IMG/VR virus record: IMGVR_UViG_3300032164_000006
Location: 8,057 to 72,056 of that record
Origin: a virus
Direction: 5' to 3' (one strand)
Length of the DNA: 64,000 nucleotides
A model generated the notes under the pieces. That model saw nothing but the letters and a program-made list of their open reading frames with translations, had not been told where the DNA came from and made no database searches. Positions 17,603-27,407 of the stretch are shown here, in pieces. The stretch's first letter is position 1, and each line of letters begins with the position of its first letter. The position numbers and the translations under genes are program-made.

Positions 17603-20600
17603 ATGTCTTTTAATCTATCTGCGATACTTAATTTCAAGGCTCCGGGAGTCAAAGATGAACTGGACAAGGTAAACCAGTCGTTCAGTAATTTGAAGACAAG
17701 CGGACAGCGTGTAACGCAAGGAACGAATCAAGTAGCAGGAGGAATGAAGGCTGTTGGACTAGCTGGAGCTGGACTAGCGGCTGGAGTTTCGTACTCTGTG
17801 AACGAGCACATTGCCTTTGAAAAGCAGATGAGTTCTGTTATCGCAAAGATGGATGATGGGAAAGAGAACTTCAGTAATCTAGAGTTGGTTGCAAAGCAAT
17901 TGGGAGCATCGACAGTCTACTCGGCAACTGAAGCCGCTGCTGGACTCGACTTCCTAGCGACCGCTGGATACAGTGCAAAAGAAGCCATTGGTGTCCTTCC
18001 AACTGTTTTAAAGACAGCCGCTGCATCCAACATGGGTCTAGCTCAGACTACGAGCATTGTTGCAGATAGCTTGGCGAACCTTTCGCCTGTCATGGGTATC
18101 TATGGAGACAAGACACAACAGGCTGTCGTTCTATCAGATATGCTTGCAATGGCTGGAGCAAAAACAAACTCTGAGGTCTCGGATCTCGGAGAAGCAATCA
18201 CATACGGAGGTGGTGCTCTAGCCAACCTAGGCATTCCGCTCGAAGAAATCATCGGAAGTTTGGGTCTTCTCGCCAACGCTGGTATCAAGGGTTCGTCTGC
18301 TGGTACTGCTATGGTCAATATGTTCGCCAAACTGCAAGATCCAACTGAGGATGCTCATAAGTGGTTGGCGGCAATGGGTATAGCCTACAAGGACTTTATA
18401 GATCAAGACACTGGCAAGCTCCTACGGATGGACAAGATAATAGGAATGGTTGGCGAAAAAGCATCTGGCCTTGGCGACAGCTTTGACGTCGGTGCTGCTC
18501 TAGCTGAGATCTTTGGTCTCAGAGGGCAGAAGGCTTTCTTTGCGATGAACAACACGCTCAAACAAGCTCCGGATCTGTTTGATTCTCTCAGAAATTCCCT
18601 TGGCGAATCAGACAAGATGTACAAGATAATGACGGACAACCTTTGGGGTATGACGCAGAACTTCCAGAGTGCTGCCGAGGGTGTGCGTTTAGAGTTGGGT
18701 AAGATGGTAGCCGAACAGGGTGGACTCCTACAGATGGGGAACTCTGTTATAGATCCAATCCAGAACCTAGCCAACGCTTTCATGGCTTTGAACATTCCGG
18801 TAGAGCAGTATGCGACACTGGAACAGCAGATGGGCAAAGAAAAATTCGGAGAGTTATTCAAAGTACTCACAACGGACGTTGGACAGTTTGCCGTTGGTGT
18901 TCGAGATGGATTCCTATCCGCCAAAAAAGGAATAGGGGAGTTTGCTACTAGTCTTTGGACGACTATGGGATTAACCAGCGGAACAGCCGAAAGCTACAAA
19001 CAGCTAGGTGAGAAGATAGGAAAATTTGCGACATGGCTTGCCGTCATTGGTCCAGTTATTCTTGGCGTTGGAGCTGCATTCATGTTCATCGCTCCAATCA
19101 TAACCAGCGTTGTTGGTATTGTTAATCTGTTTGTTGGAGCCTGTACACTTGTGACCAGCGTTGTGACAGGGGTTGTGAGTGGCCTCGCCGTCCTGCGTAC
19201 AGCGTTCATGGGTTCCGCTCTACAGATACAGCTCACAACGTGGTGGACAAATGCTTTCGGTGTATCTACCACTAGGTCAACAGCGGCTACAATACTTTCT
19301 TCAGCCGCAACACGAGTCGCAGCAATAGCTCAAGGAACATACAACGTCGTAATGCTGGTCGGCCTCAACATTATGAATCTCCTCAAGTGGGCTTTCCTAG
19401 GAACGGCATCTGCAATCAGTTCAACAACTCTTGCGACAAAATTAATCACAGTCGCAACACGGACAGCGGCAATTGCGACCGCTGCATGGACTGCAGTCGT
19501 AGCCTTTGGTACGGCAATTATGACTGCAATTCGAGCAAGAATCATGGGAACAATTGTTGCAACATGGTTGTCCGTCGCAGCATCTAGAGCCGCGACTATC
19601 GCACAAGCAATCTGGAGTGCGGCGACAGTAGTCGGAACGGGAATATTAACAGCGTTTAGAAGCGGAACTCTGCTCGTTAGAGCTGCTCAATTGGCTGGAG
19701 TTGCCGTTATGTATGTAATGACAGCCGCTCAGTGGGCGTTCAACGTCGCACTGAATGCGAATCCAATTGGACTTGTGGTCCTAGGGATTGCTGCTCTAAT
19801 TGGAGTTGGTTATCTGCTCTACAAAAACTGGGATACAATTACTTCTGGCCTACAGAGAGCGTGGACGTGGTTCAAAAACCTTCTCGCACCAATTGGCGAG
19901 CTGTGGAATAAAATGAATGTTGGCGAGAACCTGATGTACGCTTTATCCAACCCAATGGAGGTTCTAAAGGCAGGTGTGACCGCTCTAGGAAATGGCTGGG
20001 ATTACGTTATAACCAAGATCACGGCAGCGTGGGATTGGATAAAGCGTATCATGTCTTCTGGCATGGAAAAAGTCGCTGGTTGGTTTGGGTTCGGTGACAC
20101 CGAAATGACAATGACACAGAACATGGAACCAGCCTATATGTCTGGTCCACAAGTGATGGCTCCACCACAAGAGAAGCCAAAAGAAAAAGGTGTCTGGGAT
20201 AAGATGAAGAGTTGGGTTGGTCTTGGTGACACACAACCAACACCACAACAACTAGCACAACAACAGCCACAACAGGGCAAACAGCCAACACAGACTCCAC
20301 AAACCATTGCGGCCGAGGCTGGCAAACCAGTAGGACAACAACCGACTGTTCAGACCAACAAGCCATTTAAAGGGTCTATGCCGAATTTACCCAACGTGTG
20401 GAAACCTAAAGGAGAAAAGAAGAAGGGAACTGGTAAAGGCGGAGGTGGAAACAAGGATTTAGAAGAAGAAAACAGAATGCTAGATCAGATGTTGAATAGG
20501 CTGATGATGCCTACAGTCAGCGAAGATCAGCCAATTGTTTCCAACATAGTGAACCAGACAAATCCACAGGCTATGCCTTCTAAAGATGGCACAATCACAG

Positions 20601-20920
20601 TTCCGTCTATAACTCCACCTCCATCTCTAACCAAGCCAGAGGGTGGGAAAAAGCCGACAGCAGAAGCACAAGCCGCTAGAAACTATGGATCAGAAGTGGC
20701 AATGAAGACTGGCGGTGGACCGCAGATTCTTGTCAACATTCCTGCTCCACAGGTTCAGCTAGGCGATATCATTGTTGATCTAAAAGTAGCACAGAGTGCA
20801 GACGGAACGTACTCGCTAGTTAAGAAGGCAATCAGACACGAAGCAAACAAAGCAGGAACCCAACTAGATTTAACAGCACAAGAGGGTATCTCTCAATCTG
20901 GTCACAAAGCTGCAAACTAG
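17603..20920 (+). CDS. Tail tape measure protein (TP901-type core)
   Basis: FEKQMSSV...STVYSATEAAAG...LATAG, LANAGIKGSSAGT and ANPIGLVV motifs; Ala-rich helical repeats. Confidence 0.95.
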   Translation: MSFNLSAILNFKAPGVKDELDKVNQSFSNLKTSGQRVTQGTNQVAGGMKAVGLAGAGLAAGVSYSVNEHIAFEKQMSSVIAKMDDGKENFSNLELVAKQLGASTVYSATEAAAGLDFLATAGYSAKEAIGVLPTVLKTAAASNMGLAQTTSIVADSLANLSPVMGIYGDKTQQAVVLSDMLAMAGAKTNSEVSDLGEAITYGGGALANLGIPLEEIIGSLGLLANAGIKGSSAGTAMVNMFAKLQDPTEDAHKWLAAMGIAYKDFIDQDTGKLLRMDKIIGMVGEKASGLGDSFDVGAALAEIFGLRGQKAFFAMNNTLKQAPDLFDSLRNSLGESDKMYKIMTDNLWGMTQNFQSAAEGVRLELGKMVAEQGGLLQMGNSVIDPIQNLANAFMALNIPVEQYATLEQQMGKEKFGELFKVLTTDVGQFAVGVRDGFLSAKKGIGEFATSLWTTMGLTSGTAESYKQLGEKIGKFATWLAVIGPVILGVGAAFMFIAPIITSVVGIVNLFVGACTLVTSVVTGVVSGLAVLRTAFMGSALQIQLTTWWTNAFGVSTTRSTAATILSSAATRVAAIAQGTYNVVMLVGLNIMNLLKWAFLGTASAISSTTLATKLITVATRTAAIATAAWTAVVAFGTAIMTAIRARIMGTIVATWLSVAASRAATIAQAIWSAATVVGTGILTAFRSGTLLVRAAQLAGVAVMYVMTAAQWAFNVALNANPIGLVVLGIAALIGVGYLLYKNWDTITSGLQRAWTWFKNLLAPIGELWNKMNVGENLMYALSNPMEVLKAGVTALGNGWDYVITKITAAWDWIKRIMSSGMEKVAGWFGFGDTEMTMTQNMEPAYMSGPQVMAPPQEKPKEKGVWDKMKSWVGLGDTQPTPQQLAQQQPQQGKQPTQTPQTIAAEAGKPVGQQPTVQTNKPFKGSMPNLPNVWKPKGEKKKGTGKGGGGNKDLEEENRMLDQMLNRLMMPTVSEDQPIVSNIVNQTNPQAMPSKDGTITVPSITPPPSLTKPEGGKKPTAEAQAARNYGSEVAMKTGGGPQILVNIPAPQVQLGDIIVDLKVAQSADGTYSLVKKAIRHEANKAGTQLDLTAQEGISQSGHKAAN

Positions 20921-20929
20921 GAGGCACGA

Positions 20930-21958
20930 ATGGGATATGATCTTAAGAAAATAAATAGAACAAGCAAGACTACGAAGTCTTTGATTAAGAAGACTTCAAT
21001 AAATGCTGCGAAAAAGACGATATCTGAGTTCAGTGCGAAATACGATGCACAGATACGAGCAAAGGCAGCACGTTCGGGCATGAGTGACTTCCTAGGCTTG
21101 ACTCCGGCGAATACGTGGCGTCTAAAGATGATTGATCCACCCTACTCGTCTTTTGTTGGTCAGCATCGAGCAGAAAATTTACTGGAAGCCATAGGTGCCA
21201 GAATTGGAGACAAGGGAGCTTTAAATAAGCAAGATACAGATAAGACTTGGCTTGGAGGAGAACCAGGAACTGTCCAGTTTTCTACAAGAGTTTGGGCAAC
21301 AGATTCGACCAAGAGTGTTAGGGCTTCTGTTGAAACGCTGAGAGAATTTACCAAGCGAGATCCAACGCTCAAACGTGCTCCTCTTTTCGTCTTTACATCT
21401 GGTATCGACCTACGTTTCAACGTCTTTGTCAAATCCATAGGTGGAGTCGAGTACGACAACCCACGCCAAGATGGAACAATCCGAGGAGCGACATTCAAGG
21501 TCACGCTTGTTATTGTGGACGAAGTGCCTACAGAACAAACAACAATGTCGCTGTCTAGCCTTTGTAAGACGGGACTAGGCATCATTAGTTCGGCGGCTGT
21601 TTCTGCATGGGGATCAGTTTCTAAATGGATGAACGTTCCGGGAGGATCCCTCCACGTCAAAGGCAAGCAAATCATTATCAAGGATGGGCAGACCTTTGAG
21701 CATATAGCACAGCAAGAGTATGGAGACGCAAGAGCTGGAGATATACTCAGAAGGGTACATTACGACAACCCTAGAAATATCATCAAGAATTCACTAGAGG
21801 TTGGAGACTACATTGACCTTGTGGCAAACGAAGACATATCAAAAATAAGTGTGACACCACAGTCGATAGCTTTGAAAGAAACCACTGCGAACCTGCAAAA
21901 TATACGAGATCATTTTCAGATGAGAAGCGAAGAAAGGAAGTTATATTCAGGTGGCTAA
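20930..21958 (+). CDS. Tube-initiator/baseplate protein with C-terminal LysM-like (P2 gpU/gpX-like) domain
   Basis: Follows the tape measure gene; GQTFEHIAQQEYGD is a LysM/gpX-like motif. Confidence 0.7.
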   Translation: MGYDLKKINRTSKTTKSLIKKTSINAAKKTISEFSAKYDAQIRAKAARSGMSDFLGLTPANTWRLKMIDPPYSSFVGQHRAENLLEAIGARIGDKGALNKQDTDKTWLGGEPGTVQFSTRVWATDSTKSVRASVETLREFTKRDPTLKRAPLFVFTSGIDLRFNVFVKSIGGVEYDNPRQDGTIRGATFKVTLVIVDEVPTEQTTMSLSSLCKTGLGIISSAAVSAWGSVSKWMNVPGGSLHVKGKQIIIKDGQTFEHIAQQEYGDARAGDILRRVHYDNPRNIIKNSLEVGDYIDLVANEDISKISVTPQSIALKETTANLQNIRDHFQMRSEERKLYSGG

Positions 21959-23192
21959 CTATATAAACGACCCATTCGCACCCAATTGCGTTCTACTTAT
22001 CAACGACATAGAGTTGGAAGATAGGTTGATGAACTGCATTTCGGATATCACATTTGAGGACGAGAGCGACAGTGCTTCTTCTCTGACATTCAATGTAGCA
22101 TACCAGATGAACATCATAGGCGGGATATCGACAGACATACTCAGGTCAAAGCTATTTGCTCCGGGAAATAAGATTGTTCTCAGAGGTGGGTATGGTATCG
22201 ACGTTATAGAAATAGGTGCGGGATACATCTCGGAGATAGAGCCAAACTTTGCAGAAGATTCTCCACCATCTTTTCGAGTTATTTGCTACGACAAACTCCA
22301 CACGCTATCGCTAATGAAATCAGAGACTGGGAGGTCATGGATATCATCATGGCGAGACAGCCAGATAGCAACATTCATAGGATCAGAAGCTGGTTTCTCA
22401 ATCTCGCAAACTGATTCCGCTTCCCTAGAGGGTATCCGTAAGACTCGAAGTAGATATGGAGAACAGCCTAGGGTGCAGAAAAGAGGAGAAAGTCATTACA
22501 ACTTTCTGCGTAGCCTTGCAGACCAAAACGGATTTGAGTTGGCTTGTAGATGGGATGGAAAAGAAGACAAATTTAGACTGTATGTTGAACCAGCCAAGGA
22601 TCAAACCAAGCCTCTTTTTATATTTGAATATGGCCAGAATTCCACGTATCCGATATCTGATGTGGACGGAGAACTTATCGGTAGTCTTCTGTCATTCTCG
22701 CCACGCTTTTCTGTAACTTCGCAGTTCACAAAGTACAGAGCGTATTCTGTAAACTCGCAGGGAGAAGAAATAGCACACACGATGACGCTAGATGAGTTTG
22801 TAGAAAAGAAAGATATGAAGTTTGGTGGTCTGTTTGCCGAGGAACTAGCCTCGTTTACAAAGGGTTCAACTGGAGGTGGAGCCGACACAATGGCCAATGC
22901 CTTTGGGGAGCTTGTAGAAATTGTCTCTACGAAAATTTTCGATAACAGACAGCAAGCAAATGAATATTTGAAGATGCACATGAGGAAGCTGGCTAGGGAT
23001 TTCCTCTCTGGTCCAGCAACAATCAAAGGCAACCAATACGTTCAGTCTAGACAGGTACATGAATTTAGGGGTCTCGGTCCACTGTTCGATGGGAAATACT
23101 ACGTCAAAACTGCAAAGCATACTTTCACGGATAGTGGATACACGACAGTGATGGAAGTTAGAAAAACAACACCAGAAGAGAAGACACAATGA
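21951..23192 (+). CDS. Baseplate hub protein (P2 gpD / late-control D family)
   Basis: DSQIA, QxxESHYNFLRSLA and GLGPLFDGKYYVKTAKHTF...GYTT motifs. Confidence 0.85.
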   Translation: MANYINDPFAPNCVLLINDIELEDRLMNCISDITFEDESDSASSLTFNVAYQMNIIGGISTDILRSKLFAPGNKIVLRGGYGIDVIEIGAGYISEIEPNFAEDSPPSFRVICYDKLHTLSLMKSETGRSWISSWRDSQIATFIGSEAGFSISQTDSASLEGIRKTRSRYGEQPRVQKRGESHYNFLRSLADQNGFELACRWDGKEDKFRLYVEPAKDQTKPLFIFEYGQNSTYPISDVDGELIGSLLSFSPRFSVTSQFTKYRAYSVNSQGEEIAHTMTLDEFVEKKDMKFGGLFAEELASFTKGSTGGGADTMANAFGELVEIVSTKIFDNRQQANEYLKMHMRKLARDFLSGPATIKGNQYVQSRQVHEFRGLGPLFDGKYYVKTAKHTFTDSGYTTVMEVRKTTPEEKTQ

Positions 23193-24652
23193 GTAAAGAA
23201 TTCTACATGGCAGTTGTTACCAGAAATGTTGAGAAGGCTTCTGGGAAAACTGATGCAGCACAGACAGCAGACGTCAGTTCCAAAACCCTAATGGGTGCTG
23301 TCTACTTTCAGTGCAGCAATATCAGCAACGGAGAATACCCAATACCAGCTAGACCAACCTTCGGGTTCGCGGGTTCAAACGGTGGAGGCCTGTTTTGGGT
23401 TCCAAAAGTTGGTGACCATATTTTGGTTATGCTCGACACTCAGCTAGACCAGCCACAACCATTCTACATCTGCTCGGTGTACACCATCCCAAACAACCCA
23501 ATCCACGAGGAGTGGGAAACGAACTATCCAAACAGGATGGGGTGGATAAGCAACATTGGACACCAATTTATTTTTGACGATACAGATTACGACGAGCTCA
23601 TAAGAATCCAACACGCCTTTGGTGGAATGATTGAGATGGATTCTGGTGGGAACTACTATGAGAAGGTTCTCTCGAACAGGTTCTCGGAGGTTGCTGCTCA
23701 CTCGGAACACGAGGTGAGGAAGGACCTGATATATACGGTGATTGGTAATCACCTAATGGATATCCGCAAAGACTACAATCTAAAAGTCAAGGGTAACAAC
23801 ACCACGACAATTCAAGGAGATTATACCCTAGAGGTTCTTGGAAATTTTGTTTTCAAACAGAAAGAAATGATCCAAGAGTTTGGCTCCGTAACAGAGGTTA
23901 CAAAAGGAGCCAAAAATGTGTCTGTAGATGGCGGTATGAACGAAACAGTTGGCGGCTGTCTTGGTCATGCTATTGTGTCCAACTACTCTAGAACTATTGG
24001 TGGAAACGAAGCCATTCTTGTTTCTGGAAGCACCTCACGAACATTCGGCCTAGGGTACACAGAAACAGTCGCACTTGGAAACAAAGACGTCGTAATGTTG
24101 CTAGGCAATTACACGCTGATGATAACAGCCGGAAACATTGACCTAACGACAGTAGCTGGAACGACAAATATTGGGAACCTGCTAGGTGCTCTGGCTGTGG
24201 ATATTGCAGGTGCAATTGAAGCCGGAAACTTTCTAGGTAGTCTGTCTATCGACGCTGTGGGAGCAATCACTCTGTCTGGTCCAATTGGTAGTATCTCGAT
24301 AGATGTTACCGGAGCCATTGACGTGAGCAACGCTGTCGGTGGAGTTAGTATAGACGCAACGGGAGCAATTGATGCGAGCAACGCTGTCGGTGGTTTGAGT
24401 ATAGATGCAACAGGATCAATCATGCTCAGTAATCCAATGGGTGAGTTCAGTATGGACCCGACTGGTACTGGAAAATTCGGGGGAGCTACAGGCTATGTCC
24501 AGATTGATCCAGCTGGGAACATAACAATCTTTGGAACGACGACGACAGTTGGAGCTGGTGGAGGCTCTGTTCTTACAAACTTGACAGATCCAGTTGTGGA
24601 CACCATCACAGGTGCTCCACATATTGGTCTACCTACATTTACAGCGGGATAA
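23189..24652 (+). CDS. Baseplate central spike (gpV/gp5-like OB fold plus beta-helix repeats)
   Basis: GGLFWVPKVGDHILV, GHQFIFDD and gp5-like repeats (VKGNNTTTIQGD). Confidence 0.85.
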   Translation: MSKEFYMAVVTRNVEKASGKTDAAQTADVSSKTLMGAVYFQCSNISNGEYPIPARPTFGFAGSNGGGLFWVPKVGDHILVMLDTQLDQPQPFYICSVYTIPNNPIHEEWETNYPNRMGWISNIGHQFIFDDTDYDELIRIQHAFGGMIEMDSGGNYYEKVLSNRFSEVAAHSEHEVRKDLIYTVIGNHLMDIRKDYNLKVKGNNTTTIQGDYTLEVLGNFVFKQKEMIQEFGSVTEVTKGAKNVSVDGGMNETVGGCLGHAIVSNYSRTIGGNEAILVSGSTSRTFGLGYTETVALGNKDVVMLLGNYTLMITAGNIDLTTVAGTTNIGNLLGALAVDIAGAIEAGNFLGSLSIDAVGAITLSGPIGSISIDVTGAIDVSNAVGGVSIDATGAIDASNAVGGLSIDATGSIMLSNPMGEFSMDPTGTGKFGGATGYVQIDPAGNITIFGTTTTVGAGGGSVLTNLTDPVVDTITGAPHIGLPTFTAG

Positions 24653-24656
24653 TGCT

Positions 24657-24938
24657 ATGGCTTGGAAACAGCTAACGGAGCGTGGAAAACCAGACGTAGA
24701 AAGGCTTATCAGCATAGCCAAAAAACTGGAAGCCATACGGGACTTAGAGATAGAAGACGCAAAAGACAAGCTGAAAAAGATTGCAGACGTTATGAAAATT
24801 CACGTTGAAGTGAGCAAAAATTTGGAGACGAGAAATGCCTTGGCAAAACAAACCACTACTCCCACCATTACATCCAAAACTCCTGACTCTCGCAAACGAC
24901 ATCAGTGGAGTCGCCTCCGCCGTGGGTGCAGTTCTTGA
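24657..24938 (+). CDS. Hypothetical coiled-coil protein
   Basis: In-frame ATG 24657 just after the spike stop codon. Its 3' end overlaps the next gene by 104 bp. Confidence 0.5.
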   Translation: MAWKQLTERGKPDVERLISIAKKLEAIRDLEIEDAKDKLKKIADVMKIHVEVSKNLETRNALAKQTTTPTITSKTPDSRKRHQWSRLRRGCSS

Positions 24939-25791
24939 AGTGGTTGGTGAGCTGCTAGAGGTTGCAAAGATATTCTATCTCCTAGTGACAGACCCATATA
25001 AGGCTCTTGTTGCTGCTCTAATAACTGAGTTGGAAGACTTAGTTAACGACATGTTTTCGACTGGAGTTTACCAGCTAGTAATAGATCCATTCCAAGTGTT
25101 TTCTGCTGGAACAAAAAAAGACAGGTGGGGTATTCCGCTTCTAACTCCAGCCGACGCAATCAACGCTGCAATCAAATCTTTCGATGATTTGGCAGATGAG
25201 AATAGGCCAATATTTTCACCAGACTCGAAAATTGCTGCTCTAGGCATCATGGTAACGTCACCTAGCTACGGAGAATTGGTTAGTCTACTTCAGTCGCTGT
25301 GGAACGTGTTGGGTGTGGATGATATCAAATGGCTACTGGACAAACTTGAGAGGGAGAAATACGGGAGACCAAAGTTTTCTCGACCTCCAGATTGGCAGTC
25401 TTTGCGTCTTAACGAAATCAAGGTCATGGGTGACGTCCAACAATATCTTTTGGATACCCTTGCCACAACCAAAGGGTACTTGACGACGACAGATGAAATC
25501 ATTCAGAAAATGATTGATTCTCTAGCTCGCAAGGTTCAAGTGTGGCAAGATGCAGCAGATATGATTAACATGATTGTCTTAAATATTCAGAACATAGCCA
25601 ATATGAATCAAGCGTATATTATGGATTTACCAGAAACCTATGGCGGAGTTGAGCGTATCAAGCAGGAGTTGATGCATCCAGAATTGATGTACAACAAAGT
25701 GAATAAATACACTTTCATGTATCTGTGTGTTGGAGGGGGACCAAGCCTAAAGACGTGCGAGCTACTGAGGCAATTGATGACGGGACATTAA
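24835..25791 (+). CDS. Hypothetical baseplate-region protein
   Basis: 318-aa ORF with RBS-like GGAG, inside the baseplate cluster. Confidence 0.7.
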   Translation: MPWQNKPLLPPLHPKLLTLANDISGVASAVGAVLEVVGELLEVAKIFYLLVTDPYKALVAALITELEDLVNDMFSTGVYQLVIDPFQVFSAGTKKDRWGIPLLTPADAINAAIKSFDDLADENRPIFSPDSKIAALGIMVTSPSYGELVSLLQSLWNVLGVDDIKWLLDKLEREKYGRPKFSRPPDWQSLRLNEIKVMGDVQQYLLDTLATTKGYLTTTDEIIQKMIDSLARKVQVWQDAADMINMIVLNIQNIANMNQAYIMDLPETYGGVERIKQELMHPELMYNKVNKYTFMYLCVGGGPSLKTCELLRQLMTGH

Positions 25792-25792
25792 G

Positions 25793-26008
25793 ATGAATAA
25801 TAGTGAATTGATAGAGTTTACTCAGGCTTCATATTTGGATTGCGAGAAGTATGATGCTCTATACCGAGAGATGCAACAACTTACGATGAAATATAATTGC
25901 GACCTAGGTGGTCTTTCGCTTGTGAAACTTGAGGGTGCAAAAATATATTTCCAAAGTGCTGTTTACCATTGGGCAGAAAAATCTAAAGCGGAGGATAGAC
26001 GTGATTAA
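25793..26008 (+). CDS. Hypothetical protein
   Basis: Tightly packed 71-aa ORF. Confidence 0.55.
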   Translation: MNNSELIEFTQASYLDCEKYDALYREMQQLTMKYNCDLGGLSLVKLEGAKIYFQSAVYHWAEKSKAEDRRD

Positions 26009-26375
26009 GTTTAATTGTGATATTTGTGGAAAAGAAACATTTATAAATCCACCAACAGAGCAGGTCTTTGTGGAGCAGGAATTCGAGTACGACGTACCAG
26101 ATCCAGAGAACCCTGCAAAGCTAAAGAAAGAAAAGAAGCTGGTGAAGGTACCAGAAATGACTGTCATGCGTGTGCAGCATCCAAACGACCCGAACCAAGT
26201 GCTGGAGCAGAAGATCCCAAAGCTGAAGGATCTCAAACCTAGAATGTGGCGTGTGCAGTTGAGGGTTGGACAGGAAAGCGTGGATAGAGATTTTTGTAAA
26301 GAATGTTTGGATAAAGAACTCAAAAGTGATTTAGCTTGTCTGCGAGATAAACTAGAATCTATAGAGAGGAAATAA
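26001..26375 (+). CDS. Zn-ribbon protein (CDIC ... CKEC)
   Basis: GTG 26001 after GGAGGA. Two CxxC pairs separated by a long loop. Confidence 0.6.
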   Translation: MIKFNCDICGKETFINPPTEQVFVEQEFEYDVPDPENPAKLKKEKKLVKVPEMTVMRVQHPNDPNQVLEQKIPKLKDLKPRMWRVQLRVGQESVDRDFCKECLDKELKSDLACLRDKLESIERK

Positions 26376-26989
26376 TGCCGATAGTTGGTGCAACAATGGT
26401 TTCTGAGATGCAGTCGTTCTGGGCTGGAAAAGGCTGGATGGGTGCAGACTTGGTAAATTTGGCAACGGCGATAGGAAATGGAGCCGCTGCTGGAATGATT
26501 GGTGCAACATTTACGACAATGGATACGGGATCTGGACCAACTCCAGGAACTGGAACAGGTGTTGGAATCACAATAGTTCCAGCCGCTCTTTCGTCTGCAA
26601 TTCTAGCTGGTCTGATGTCTCAGTTCCCTCCCGGAGGGAAAGACCTACCAGATCTGTGCGACGGGATTGCAAACGCAATAGCGAATGGACTGATGATGGC
26701 AACTCTAACTTCTATGCACCCTCTATGCTTTCTGGGTGCTGGAATGATATCCACAGCTAGTGGAGGCGTAGCGTTTATCGGTGCTGGAATAACCAGCAAT
26801 ATTCAAAGCATGGCTCCAACTTTCCTTGGGGAAAATTGGCCTGCGATATGTGATGTGGTTGGCAAGGAAATAGAGAACGCTGGAAAGATGGCGACAGGGC
26901 AAACTGTAATTACAGGTGCTCCGCCTCCACCTCCAGCAACTCCAATACCTTGTCCTCCGGGAACGAGTGGAACAGGAACAGTAGCCTAG
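26375..26989 (+). CDS. Gly/Ala-rich putative baseplate/spike-associated protein
   Basis: MP start, internal helical repeats and a C-terminal GTGTVA. Position before the gp25-like gene. Confidence 0.5.
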   Translation: MPIVGATMVSEMQSFWAGKGWMGADLVNLATAIGNGAAAGMIGATFTTMDTGSGPTPGTGTGVGITIVPAALSSAILAGLMSQFPPGGKDLPDLCDGIANAIANGLMMATLTSMHPLCFLGAGMISTASGGVAFIGAGITSNIQSMAPTFLGENWPAICDVVGKEIENAGKMATGQTVITGAPPPPPATPIPCPPGTSGTGTVA

Positions 26990-26999
26990 GAGGGTGAAC

Positions 27000-27392
27000 A
27001 TGGCGACGGGACTAAAGGTGCCTCTTGTAGCAAGTAAGTCTGGTGGAGCCGCAATCCAAGACGAGGAAACCCAGCTAGATAAGCTGGTCGTATTGTCGCT
27101 GTTAGAGGGTGGGGACGACAATCCATTTCAAGACATAGGGTTATCGCCAACTGTTCTGTATAGAGACAATTCTGATTCGGCTAAAGCAGATATGCGGACA
27201 GAAATTGAACAAAAACTGAAGTCGTTCAGAGGCAGATTGCAGTTGACCGACGAAGGAATTGTAATAGAAGAAAAGCAGAATCCAGAAGCAATGAACGAGT
27301 ATTCGTCGTTCGTTAGGTTCGACTATGTTAATCTTGACGTAAACGATGCCCGTGAATTTGCTTCCGCATTTTCTACACTCGGGGATAATTGA
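27000..27392 (+). CDS. Baseplate wedge protein (T4 gp25 / P2 gpW-like)
   Basis: ATG 27000 after AGGAGG. GLKVPL...GG...PF...G pattern, ~130 aa, directly before the J-like gene. Confidence 0.65.
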   Translation: MATGLKVPLVASKSGGAAIQDEETQLDKLVVLSLLEGGDDNPFQDIGLSPTVLYRDNSDSAKADMRTEIEQKLKSFRGRLQLTDEGIVIEEKQNPEAMNEYSSFVRFDYVNLDVNDAREFASAFSTLGDN

Positions 27393-27407
27393 TAGGGGGA
27401 TAGGCCG

